From contig JBGCGH010000048.1 of NCBI GenBank assembly GCA_045110695.1, positions 2,110 to 66,109 of the forward strand: a DNA stretch of 64,000 nt, written 5' to 3'. This document shows, piece by piece, positions 55,638 through 64,000 of this stretch. Under the pieces are notes generated by a model, which was not told the DNA's origin, made no database searches, and was given only the letters and a program-made list of their open reading frames with translations. Position 1 is the stretch's first letter. Every line of letters starts with the position of its first letter. Source of the stretch: Bdellovibrionales bacterium. GTDB taxonomy: Bacteria > Bdellovibrionota > Bdellovibrionia > Bdellovibrionales > UBA840. Position numbers and translations under genes: made by a program.

Positions 55638-56534
55638 AACCGGATTAATATAATACTGAGATACCCGGTCATCTGAAAGGTAAACCTTTGAGTAGGAAAG
55701 ACTAGGTGTGTAGTAGTTTCCCAATTTAAAAGAAAGAATCCACTGACTTCTTGTCTCTAGTAACCTTCTTCCAAAAAAACCTCGATTTCGAATCCATATA
55801 TGTGAAAACTTAAAAAACATTCTAAACTTTTCAGAATATTCGTACAAAAAGCCCCCATCCAAATTTCCCTGACTAAAGAAAAAATCGTCTGCTACACCTA
55901 TTCCGTAGAAAAAGCTGTAACCTGTATCCAACCAAGGCTCGTGTACTCTGGTTACATTTAGCTCATTAGAAATATAACTAAGCTCTAAAGAGGGATCAAC
56001 AGTGGAAAGCAGAAAAGAGTCTCCTAAGGTTTCATGAATCCACCTTTGTACTGTGCCCAATCCGTTGTTTCCCACAATGTTATTACCAATATGCCAAGTT
56101 ACCTTTATAAATCCAGATTCTAGAGGATAGCTAAAGGCTTGAGACAATTGATGCCTTTGCCAATCAGCTACCTCACCCAATGGCTCCGGCAGTAAAGTTT
56201 GGTTATTATCATATCTAAAAATTGGAGTTAGCAATGACCAGCTCAAGCGAAGTCGAATGGAATAATTGTCCCAACGACTCCCATAGGACACAGACGCGCC
56301 ACCAGTAAGAAGCTTGTCAGTGGGCCCGATTACGTCATTAAAGGTACCAATTCGTATACTTTGCTCGGTAACAGGTGCTTCAAATTCCCCAGGAATGGAA
56401 CTATAATCCACATTTTTTAAAAGTTCATTGGCATCAGCGAAACTGAGTCCCATAGCCGAAAACACAAACAAAGCCCGTAGTAGTTGGAGGGCTCCAGTTC
56501 TCGTTTGTTCTATTTTCGGAGCTAATTCTATCAC
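55617..56534 (-). CDS. Outer-membrane beta-barrel protein, possibly LpxR/DUF2219-like lipid A deacylase
   Basis: Signal-like LLRALFVFSAMGLSFA. GTFNDVIGPTDKLLTGGASVSY resembles my recollection of the DUF2219 N-terminal pattern 'ENDxf...tDrxYTxG'. C-terminal Phe. Confidence 0.35.
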   Translation of the reverse strand: MIELAPKIEQTRTGALQLLRALFVFSAMGLSFADANELLKNVDYSSIPGEFEAPVTEQSIRIGTFNDVIGPTDKLLTGGASVSYGSRWDNYSIRLRLSWSLLTPIFRYDNNQTLLPEPLGEVADWQRHQLSQAFSYPLESGFIKVTWHIGNNIVGNNGLGTVQRWIHETLGDSFLLSTVDPSLELSYISNELNVTRVHEPWLDTGYSFFYGIGVADDFFFSQGNLDGGFLYEYSEKFRMFFKFSHIWIRNRGFFGRRLLETRSQWILSFKLGNYYTPSLSYSKVYLSDDRVSQYYINPVSFSFDF

Positions 56535-56657
56535 GGCGAAATAGTATCAAATTTCTAAATTTTGGCATAAAAATGAACAATAAAAAGTAAAACTTACCCG
56601 CTAAATCTATAGCTAGTTTGTTTTTAGGCCTTATCAAAGACTAAATCACAGTAAAAA

Positions 56658-58373
56658 CTATAGTTGAGTTTCGATGATCGGCAAAATGCTAAGGATCATT
56701 CTTCTTTTGTAATAGGAAAGTAAACGAAACCAAGGAACTCCAGGATATTTACTACGAAGGCCCTCGGGTAGGCCATCTGTGCCGATCCTGTAGGTATTTA
56801 ACATATCTAATTCTATGGATTTTCGGAGGCTCTCGGAAAACTTATAGTCCCTTATGAGCACACCCATTTCCGAGTTTAAATTTTGGCTTCTGGGATCTAA
56901 GTTGTAAGTACCTATAAAGCTAACATCCTCACCAAAAACCATAGATTTTGAATGTAATAGATCTTTGGTGTTTTGCTCGTATAGCTCTACTCCTAGTATC
57001 AACAATTTAGCCTTGTGCCTTTCATAGCCAGCATGGGCCCAATTGGAGTCAGTAGAGAACAAAGAATTGGTAACAATTTGAATCCTTGAGTCAGGGTTGT
57101 TTTCGATGGCTGAGCGAAATGAGCTATAAAGCTCTTGAGTGGGAATCATATATGGAGCCTGCAATAGTAAGTCCCCATTAACATTAGCTATTTCATCTAA
57201 TATTGTTTTAGAGATATCAGAACTTTTTACACCAGGAAAATTTTGCGATATATTTGTGGAAAGCTTGTTCAGAAACTCTAGGCTTTCTACCGGTTCAAGT
57301 TGCTCCGTCCACAACGATAGTAATTTTGATCCTTTTAGGTTTTCAATCTCTCTTTTATCACCATCTGAAAACTGAATCTCTTCTTCATAGTTTTCAATCA
57401 AGCTCTTCACTTCCACAAATTTTTCTTGGGTCCGAATCAATCTAGTTCTAAACCTTCTCGATGTTTTATAACAGTCCCGCGTGGTTGCCCTTAGAGACTC
57501 TAAACACTCCTCTTCAAGAAGCAGGGCATATTCATAATAGAACTGATTTTCACAGAGACCATCTTTACAATATTTTGTGTAGTAAGCTTTTTTTAATGCC
57601 TCCCTTTCTGGAGACAAACCTCCAAATAAACCTAAGCCAATGGGTTTTGTTATCTTTTGATTCCACCTTTCAAGAAAATATTCATAAGCAAGATGGGTAA
57701 CTGGACCGCTAAGCAATACATCTCGATCGATATAGACTTTTTCCCGGTTGAATTGATCAGAGACAAATTCATGAAACACATCAAAAATATATTCAGGAGA
57801 GAATCCGTATACCGATCTATAAATAAACTCAAACACATCTCCGGCATTTAAATCATCAAACAACCGTTTTGGATCCTTATGACCATAATAAGGTTTGGCA
57901 ACATTTCTTCCCCCGGTGAGCATAAGTTCCCTATCAATGAGAACCAACTTGTCATGCATTCGATATGTATATCTATATGGGTTCAAAATCATCGAAGCAC
58001 GAAGAGGATTATATACTTGCACAGCCACATCTCCGCTTCGTAGCAAATCCTCAAAAAAATTGTCGCCTACCTTGTTTTCATGGTAATCAACAATAATTCG
58101 AATCGATACTCCTCGGAGTGCAGCATCTTTTAGCAAGCTTAATAATATAAGGCCATCCACATCGGCGTGGAACTGATAATACATTAGTAGAATTTCTTTT
58201 TCAGCGCTCTCGATCAATTGAGTTCTAAGAAAAAGCGCCTCCATAGGTTGATCAACAATAAGCGCTTTATTTTTATAATACTCTTCAGATACAGCAATTT
58301 GAGAAAAGAGAATAAAAAACAGCAGCATATTTTGAAATCTAAAGATAAACCCCTCCCCTAAAGATTGGCTCAT
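56658..58373 (-). CDS. Secreted phospholipase D-family protein (two HKD motifs), paralogue 1
   Basis: HKD motifs YRMHDKLVLIDRELMLTGGRN and LHSKSMVFGEDVSFIGTYNLDPRS. I prefer the start at 58373 (MSQSLGEGFIFRFQNMLLFFILFSQIAVS), which aligns with the paralogue's signal peptide. Confidence 0.8.
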   Translation of the reverse strand: MSQSLGEGFIFRFQNMLLFFILFSQIAVSEEYYKNKALIVDQPMEALFLRTQLIESAEKEILLMYYQFHADVDGLILLSLLKDAALRGVSIRIIVDYHENKVGDNFFEDLLRSGDVAVQVYNPLRASMILNPYRYTYRMHDKLVLIDRELMLTGGRNVAKPYYGHKDPKRLFDDLNAGDVFEFIYRSVYGFSPEYIFDVFHEFVSDQFNREKVYIDRDVLLSGPVTHLAYEYFLERWNQKITKPIGLGLFGGLSPEREALKKAYYTKYCKDGLCENQFYYEYALLLEEECLESLRATTRDCYKTSRRFRTRLIRTQEKFVEVKSLIENYEEEIQFSDGDKREIENLKGSKLLSLWTEQLEPVESLEFLNKLSTNISQNFPGVKSSDISKTILDEIANVNGDLLLQAPYMIPTQELYSSFRSAIENNPDSRIQIVTNSLFSTDSNWAHAGYERHKAKLLILGVELYEQNTKDLLHSKSMVFGEDVSFIGTYNLDPRSQNLNSEMGVLIRDYKFSESLRKSIELDMLNTYRIGTDGLPEGLRSKYPGVPWFRLLSYYKRRMILSILPIIETQL

Positions 58374-58512
58374 TATAATTCTACATTGAGTTTTCCCAAA
58401 CGATACATTTTTCAAAAGCTCCTCTCCCTATATATGAGAATTGAGGCGCATTTATTTCAATGTAGATTATTATAGCCAAAGGAAAACATTAATTTTAATT
58501 ATAGGAAAAGAA

Positions 58513-60177
58513 CTACAGTTGTTTTTCGATAAATGGAAATATGGCAAGAATAGATTTTTTGCGATAATAAGCTTCTACTTTCTTCCAGTCCACAGAAGGG
58601 TATTTCGTCTTTAGACTTGATTCTAAGAAATCATAGTCAATTTTTCTTGAAGCGGACTCTAGCCCACTACTGATGGATCGGCTCAACGTTCTATTAAATT
58701 CTACATCTTCAATAAGAACTCCGATTTCGGAGTTAATATTTTGGCTCCTAGGGTCCATGTTATAGGTTCCAATAAAACTATATTGATCATCAAATACTAT
58801 AGACTTTGCATGAAGAAGATTTTTACCATTAAGCTCAAATAAATTCACATTAAAATCTAACAATTTTTTTCGGTGCTTTTCATATCCCGCATAGGCTAAG
58901 ACAGAATTTGTCGACTCGAGAGAATTGGTATTGATTGAAATATTTAAATCAGGATTCGATTCTCTGGCTTTTTCCATAGCCCTATACAATTCGGATGTCG
59001 GTATAAAATAAGGGGTCTGTATCAATAAATTGTTCCTGGTCCGAGCAACCCGATTCAAAATAGTAGAAGCTATATCGAGGGAGTTCACTCCATTATAGTT
59101 TTTGTCTAAATCCTCAGAAAGCTTTGAAAGAAAACTAACAGACTGCACTTCTTTCATTGAATTCACCCATAAATCCAAGACCTCGAAACCTTTAAATTTT
59201 GTTACTAGCCCACTAGATGCTAATTTCAAAGGTACTTCCACTTTAAAACTGTTTAAGATGGAATCCATTGATAGTCGATTCTTTGCAGCTTTCGTTAAAC
59301 GCCTTTTCATTCGTCGAGAATGTGTTTTACACTGTCTGACTGTTGCTCTTTTTGCCTTCAAGCAATTTTTCTCTATCAATCTTGAATATACACTGTAGAA
59401 CTTTGGATCACATCCAGATGAGTCGCACAGTTCTAGATAACTTTCCGCTTTCAGTTTTTCAAATTCAGCGGCAAGCCTTCCAAAATATCCTAGCCTTACC
59501 GGCACAGTGATTTTCTCCCTCCAACGGTGGATAAAATAGTCCCTGGCAATTTTAACAACATCCCCAGAAAGAAGTATGTCTCTATCTATATAACTTTCCA
59601 AAGCCTCTCTAAATATGTGGGTATCTTCATCGTAGTCAAAATCTCTTTTCTTAACTGATTCATCAAATTCTGCCTGGTCAGTGAAACCATAATAATGAGA
59701 TGTCACGTTTCTTCCGCCAGTCAAAAACAATTCCCGATCTACTAACAGCATTTTATCGTGCATCCGGTAACTAAATGACCAAGGATTAAAAATTGTACTT
59801 AAGCTAAATGGGTTAAACTCTAAAATACCTACGTCACCACTACTAATGAGATCCTCAAGGTCAGCTTTCCTCAGTGTGTTTTCATAACTATCTAATATAA
59901 TTCGGATGGACACGCCTCGATAAGCTGCCTGCTTCAATAGACCCAAAAGCACCATTCCCCCTGGGTCTCCATGAAACTGATAATACATGATTAGGATCTC
60001 TTCACTTGCACTTTCAATCATCTGTGCACGCAAGATTAAAGCCTCTAATGAATTATCAATAAGAAGAGCTTTATTTTTAAATTCTTGTTTCCCAAAGACC
60101 GAAGAGCTCGAAAGAATTGACAAAATCAATACTAAACCAGCAAAAACGGATCCCCTCAAAAATGATCTATTTCCCAC
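58513..60177 (-). CDS. Secreted phospholipase D-family protein (two HKD motifs), paralogue 2
   Basis: Signal peptide MGNRSFLRGSVFAGLVLILSILSSSSVFG. HKD motifs YRMHDKMLLVDRELFLTGGRN and LHAKSIVFDDQYSFIGTYNMDPRS. Collinear with paralogue 1. Confidence 0.8.
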   Translation of the reverse strand: MGNRSFLRGSVFAGLVLILSILSSSSVFGKQEFKNKALLIDNSLEALILRAQMIESASEEILIMYYQFHGDPGGMVLLGLLKQAAYRGVSIRIILDSYENTLRKADLEDLISSGDVGILEFNPFSLSTIFNPWSFSYRMHDKMLLVDRELFLTGGRNVTSHYYGFTDQAEFDESVKKRDFDYDEDTHIFREALESYIDRDILLSGDVVKIARDYFIHRWREKITVPVRLGYFGRLAAEFEKLKAESYLELCDSSGCDPKFYSVYSRLIEKNCLKAKRATVRQCKTHSRRMKRRLTKAAKNRLSMDSILNSFKVEVPLKLASSGLVTKFKGFEVLDLWVNSMKEVQSVSFLSKLSEDLDKNYNGVNSLDIASTILNRVARTRNNLLIQTPYFIPTSELYRAMEKARESNPDLNISINTNSLESTNSVLAYAGYEKHRKKLLDFNVNLFELNGKNLLHAKSIVFDDQYSFIGTYNMDPRSQNINSEIGVLIEDVEFNRTLSRSISSGLESASRKIDYDFLESSLKTKYPSVDWKKVEAYYRKKSILAIFPFIEKQL

Positions 60178-60313
60178 TGGGAGAACCTATCTCAAATATT
60201 TCCTTAGAAGAAGAGAAGTGTTTTCATTTAGTATTATTTTTAGGCAAGAACAGTCTATTATCAGCTAGCCTTATTACTGCTATAACTGATAAGCCAGTAA
60301 CTGTATGGAAGGT

Positions 60314-61264
60314 TCAAATTTTTGAGTTTTTTTCAAAGAACTCAAGGGTCTTTAACTCAGAAGAGATTGGAGAATTTAGATCCCCTTCAACAAATCCAAC
60401 GTGGCCACCATACTTTGGATACTGTATTTCAACCAATGAGTTCTGAAAGCTCTCTGTTTTAGGGTAGCACTTACGTCCTAGAAAGGGGTCATTCTTGGAG
60501 TTTACAATTAGAGTAGGTAAATCTATAGCTTCAATAAAATTAGCTCCGCTTTGAGTTTCATAGTAGTTTTTAGCAGTACCAAATCCATGAAGTGGAGCAG
60601 TAATAAGATTATCAAATTCTCTAATAGTTTTTGCCTTTAATGCTTTTTCTACCTCAACACCTGCGGCTAATAATTCATTCTTTCTTTCTCTAAGTTTCTT
60701 TCTCAGAGTTTGGAGAAAGTTTGGAGCATAGATTCGCTTACCAATGCCTCTTTCTAATTGATCGCTTCCGTTAGAAAGATTCAAAGGCACGGAAAAAGTA
60801 GCCGCAGATATCACCTTGGGGTTAACCATTTTAGGAAATTCACCCAAATACTTTAAGGTTAAATTTCCTCCCAAACTAAATCCTATTAAAGAAATTTCTT
60901 CGTAGAGATCCGAATACTGATCTATCACATAGGATAAATCATCACTAGAACCAGCATGATAGAATTTCAAGGTCCTATTCGGCTCACCACTGCACCCCCT
61001 ACAATTCCACGAAATAATATCAAACCCATTTTTTGAAAGGTAATCTGCCATACCCAAAATATAATGGGAGGAAGAAGAACCCTCAAAGCCATGAGAAAGA
61101 ACCACTGCTTTACTATTTCTTTTAACGTGCCTATCAACATCTATAAAATCGCCATCCGGAAGAGCTAATCTGTCCCTTCTATGGTAAGTGAATTTTATCT
61201 TCCTAAATATCGCAGGAAGAATGGTTTCTATATGTCCGTTACGTTGGATGAACTTTTTAAGCAT
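60314..61264 (-). CDS. Alpha/beta hydrolase (YheT-like esterase family)
   Basis: VVLSHGFEGSSSSHY, nucleophile elbow GFSLGGN, and C-terminal DPF...GGHVGF. No signal peptide. Confidence 0.65.
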   Translation of the reverse strand: MLKKFIQRNGHIETILPAIFRKIKFTYHRRDRLALPDGDFIDVDRHVKRNSKAVVLSHGFEGSSSSHYILGMADYLSKNGFDIISWNCRGCSGEPNRTLKFYHAGSSDDLSYVIDQYSDLYEEISLIGFSLGGNLTLKYLGEFPKMVNPKVISAATFSVPLNLSNGSDQLERGIGKRIYAPNFLQTLRKKLRERKNELLAAGVEVEKALKAKTIREFDNLITAPLHGFGTAKNYYETQSGANFIEAIDLPTLIVNSKNDPFLGRKCYPKTESFQNSLVEIQYPKYGGHVGFVEGDLNSPISSELKTLEFFEKNSKI

Positions 61265-61333
61265 AGATTAGTAGTACCATCGCAGTCTCCAGATCCAAGA
61301 GTTTTCCCTGAAAAAAAAGCTAAAAAGAAGAAT

Positions 61334-63145
61334 TTACTGCATCCAATCAGGAGTTCTGGCATTTATACCGCTCAATTCTTCGCTAAATATTTTCTCTGTG
61401 ACTCTCCAAAACTTATCTTGTTTCCGAGCAATGATAAAACTAGGCATCCGAAACAAATGCTTACTATCAATAGCAGAACTACTACTATCAATTTTAAGAC
61501 TCATACCAGATAACTTTATATGTGATCTAAGAAAGTTAATTTCAAACTTCTTTTGTGAGGAATAGTTACTGAAAAAATAAGCCTCACTTAAGTAATTAGA
61601 CTCTACGTCATAATACCGAATCTCAAGAAATGGGTTTCCTCTTTTATCATATTTTTCAGCGTACTCCACAGAAACCGGCCTCATAACATGTGCGCCCTTG
61701 GACAATTTGGCCTTCTTTAATTTGGCATCGGGGTCAACTAAGACCTCGTTACATGAGTTACAAGACTTTGCTGTAAGATCATTCTCCGCACCACAAGACC
61801 CACAACGCTTAAATCTAAATCGAAACCCACAAGCGGTAAACTCAAATGTATTCGGATCGGAAACTCCACCTTTACATTTTCTGCCGAAATGCTCCACCAG
61901 CTCTCCATCTTCATCTCGAGTTCCCCAAAAGGTATTTTCAAATCCACACTGTGGGCAAATCACCTCTACTTCTTCACTTTCTTTCGATGGCCGTTTATCA
62001 CCAACTTCAGGGGCATAAATATCGTGGCCCATGCCCGTATAATCTAAAACAAAGCAGTCTTTTTTACCTGAGGACAGCCTCAATCCTCGGCCTATGATCT
62101 GTTGATACAAACTAACTGATTCCGTTGGCCTTAAAATAGCTATGGCATCAACGTGAGGTGCATCAAAGCCGGTAGTTAGTACCGAAACATTCACCAGATA
62201 CTTAAATTTTCTTTCTTTGAAATCATTTATTATTTTATCGCGCTCAACAATCGCTGTATCCCCTAAAATGATCTGAGCCTCGTTTTCTGGAAGGCACTTT
62301 AAAATATCTCTGGCGTGTTTAACATTGCCAGAGAAAATCATTATCCCACCCCTATTTTGATTTTCAGCGATTTCTATTATATTTTTAATGATTAAAGGAG
62401 TGAGTCTACCCTGTTTTTCTAGAGCCTCACTGATTTCTGCTTCATTGAATCGCCCATTCTCTTGCAATTCCAAATCGCTAAAATCATAGCACGTTACTGG
62501 AATATCCACTTTCACAGGTGGAGTTAGGTATTTATTTCGAATCATATATTTCAAAGGTAATTCAAAGATACAGTCTTTAAAAAATCTTTCTTCCTTAGTT
62601 CTTACAATTCCCTCGTGGCTAATATTGTAAATCCATCCAACACCCATACGGTAAGGAGTAGCCGTTAAACCTAATATACAGAGCTTAGGATTATTCAGTT
62701 TTAATTTTTTTATCACAGTCAAATACTGAGAGTCTTGATCCAATGAAATTCTATGACATTCATCTATGATGACTAAATTGAAATCATCAAAAAAAGAATC
62801 TTCGGCATTTGCGATGGATTGAATACTTCCAAAAATAACCTTTTGCGACACATCTTTTTGATTTAAACCCGCAGAATAGATTCCGGCTTTCAAATCAAAC
62901 GACTCGTATTTCAAGTGGTTTTGCTCCACTAATTCCTTAACATGTGCAAGCACAAGCACTCTACCCTTTGCCATCCTTGCCAATTCAGCTATAACAAGAC
63001 TTTTACCGGCCCCTGTTGGTAAAACCAAAACGGCTGGATCTCTTTTTTTCGTGAAATACTTTATGGTCTTATCAACTGCTTCCCGCTGATAGGGTCTAAG
63101 TTTATACATAGGCGAATCATGCCATATTTTAGTAAAGTTGAACAA
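61334..63145 (-). CDS. radD: SF2 DNA repair helicase RadD (YejH)-like with C-terminal zinc ribbons
   Basis: LRPYQREAVDKTI...VLVLPTGAGKSLVIAELARMAKGRVLVLAHVKELVEQN closely resembles the E. coli RadD N-terminus. DECH box IIDECHR, motif VI QIIGRGLR, then CPQCGFEN and CGSCGAEN...CNSC. Confidence 0.75.
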   Translation of the reverse strand: MFNFTKIWHDSPMYKLRPYQREAVDKTIKYFTKKRDPAVLVLPTGAGKSLVIAELARMAKGRVLVLAHVKELVEQNHLKYESFDLKAGIYSAGLNQKDVSQKVIFGSIQSIANAEDSFFDDFNLVIIDECHRISLDQDSQYLTVIKKLKLNNPKLCILGLTATPYRMGVGWIYNISHEGIVRTKEERFFKDCIFELPLKYMIRNKYLTPPVKVDIPVTCYDFSDLELQENGRFNEAEISEALEKQGRLTPLIIKNIIEIAENQNRGGIMIFSGNVKHARDILKCLPENEAQIILGDTAIVERDKIINDFKERKFKYLVNVSVLTTGFDAPHVDAIAILRPTESVSLYQQIIGRGLRLSSGKKDCFVLDYTGMGHDIYAPEVGDKRPSKESEEVEVICPQCGFENTFWGTRDEDGELVEHFGRKCKGGVSDPNTFEFTACGFRFRFKRCGSCGAENDLTAKSCNSCNEVLVDPDAKLKKAKLSKGAHVMRPVSVEYAEKYDKRGNPFLEIRYYDVESNYLSEAYFFSNYSSQKKFEINFLRSHIKLSGMSLKIDSSSSAIDSKHLFRMPSFIIARKQDKFWRVTEKIFSEELSGINARTPDWMQ

Positions 63146-63264
63146 TGCAATATTGAAAGCTAAAGAAATCGTGATTTACTTGATATTAAAATTAAAAGCG
63201 ATGAATAGGAGTTTGAATTCAGAGGGTAACAAACCCTCAATAAGACGGCTCATAACTTTTTGCC

Positions 63265-63292
63265 AAAAAAAAAGCCCCGCTTACGCGAGGCT
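63265..63292 (-). terminator. Rho-independent terminator downstream of csp
   Basis: On the minus strand: AGCCTCGC-GTAA-GCGGGGCT hairpin followed by T9. It lies about 33 nt after the csp stop and upstream of radD. Confidence 0.7.
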
Positions 63293-63324
63293 TTCGGATT
63301 TTAAATCGAAACATCTAAATCTAA

Positions 63325-63522
63325 TTAGTTAACGACTTTTACATCAAGAGCACATGGACCCTTTTTGCCTTCTCCGAGTTCGTATTCAACTTCGTCGTTC
63401 TCTTTAAGCACTTCGTGCTCAACAGATGAGATGTGTACAAATAGATCTTTGCTACCATCGTCAGGGATGATGAAACCAAAACCTTTTTCTTGATTAAAAA
63501 ACTTTACTTTACCTTTAGCCAT
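63325..63522 (-). CDS. Cold-shock protein (CspA family)
   Basis: RNP-1 KGFGFI and RNP-2 VFVHIS motifs, length 65 aa. Confidence 0.9.
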   Translation of the reverse strand: MAKGKVKFFNQEKGFGFIIPDDGSKDLFVHISSVEHEVLKENDEVEYELGEGKKGPCALDVKVVN

Positions 63523-63782
63523 TCTTACTTCCTTTTTACTTAACTTAGTGTACTATCGCGCCATTATTTGAGCGATGGCCCATCTTGCCCCGAACCGGAC
63601 TTTTTATAAAGAAAAATAAGCAGGAACTGGACGAATTTTACACAATCTGAAGGTTTTGACTCACTGCCCTTTACTAATTACACTGTATATATAATATTTA
63701 TTTATTAAGTGGGTCCACCATTGTAAGTTTTAGATACCAAAACCCTGCTTTTCTGATTGGCAGTTGGGTCTCGAAAACCACT

Positions 63783-64000
63783 ATGCTAGAAAACTTTATG
63801 GATCAAATAACTTCAGCCATTCATGCCTTCTTGGAAGGAAAGCTCGTTGGGCTTCCGACCGAAACCGTTTATGGACTAGCAGCTCCCTATAACCAAACCG
63901 AATTAATAAAAAAAATCTTTTCTATCAAAGAGAGGCCACTGTTCGATCCACTCATAGTTCATGTTAGTCAAACGGAACAAGCAAAGAGTTTGGTTAAAAA
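63783..64000 (+). CDS. tsaC: L-threonylcarbamoyladenylate synthase (TsaC/YrdC/Sua5 family), 3'-truncated by window edge
   Basis: My own translation from the ATG at 63783 is MLENFMDQITSAIHAFLEGKLVGLPTETVYGLAAPYNQTELIKKIFSIKERPLFDPLIVHV..., containing the PTETVYGL and K.RP...PLI.H signatures. The frame stays open to the window end, so it is not in the supplied ORF track. Confidence 0.7.
   Translation, partial: MLENFMDQITSAIHAFLEGKLVGLPTETVYGLAAPYNQTELIKKIFSIKERPLFDPLIVHVSQTEQAKSLVK

Noticed and set aside
56658-63145. PLD-family proteins plus an SF2 helicase as a nuclease/helicase anti-phage defence island
   Set aside because: Both PLD proteins carry N-terminal signal peptides, so they are exported and unlikely to be DNA nucleases. 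The helicase closely resembles the housekeeping repair helicase RadD. A csp gene with its own terminator lies just upstream of the helicase, and an alpha/beta hydrolase separates it from the PLD genes.
63523-63782. A cspA-type thermosensing long 5' UTR upstream of csp
   Set aside because: The 260-bp divergent intergenic region is long enough, but I could not identify a convincing promoter or a conserved cold-box from sequence alone.
1-64000. tRNA, rRNA, tmRNA, RNase P, IS elements, prophage or integrase genes
   Set aside because: I scanned for T-loop-like GGTTCGAATCC variants, for rRNA-like conserved blocks, and for transposase or integrase-like ORFs. I found none. Absence determined by eye is not definitive, so tRNAscan-SE, Infernal and ISEScan should be run.

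Overview
This is a 64-kb low-GC chromosomal segment from a Gram-negative bacterium. LPS-heptose, MipA and LpxR-like genes support the Gram-negative call. The many signal-peptide hydrolases and a pilin-like giant protein fit a Bdellovibrio-like predator or another marine deltaproteobacterium-like lineage, but that is a low-confidence guess. All calls come from reading the ORF translations and the DNA by eye; no database search was possible.

I count about 58 protein-coding genes. I saw no rRNA, tRNA, CRISPR array, transposase or integrase. Most of the window is housekeeping:
- leuS, ribD, hppD, hldD, trmJ-like, trmO, rsmJ, sufE, a cysteine synthase, radD-like, a pif1-like helicase, csp and a tsaC fragment.
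- A tightly coupled seven-gene pantothenate/CoA operon: DUF2520-type reductase, panB, panC, coaC, coaB, coaX, panD.

Four things stand out:
1. A stand-alone 2,497-aa protein (5567-13060, minus strand) with about 124 cysteines by hand count. It has a textbook type IV prepilin leader and methylation motif at its N-terminus. It also contains tandem DPDGD Ig-like domains and a novel-looking 4-Cys 'FCPxxC' mini-repeat.
2. A dispersed modular intergenic repeat family at four loci with six partial or complete units. Each unit has a terminator-like module, TTCGCTCAGGCGCCGCTGGGCTTTTTC, followed by a 26-30-bp-arm hairpin. The apical sequence of the hairpin (CTCAAACACGCAACTGCGCG) is conserved while the arms differ between copies.
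3. A (TTTTAC)9(TTTTAT)6 hexanucleotide microsatellite next to one repeat copy.
4. An orphan terminator preceded by C-rich, CCUCC-containing hairpins in a divergent intergenic region, which is a candidate sRNA.

Secondary points are a co-directional block of lipid-active genes (two secreted PLD paralogues, an LpxR-like outer-membrane protein, an alpha/beta hydrolase) and a histidine kinase coupled to an adenosine-deaminase-fold enzyme.
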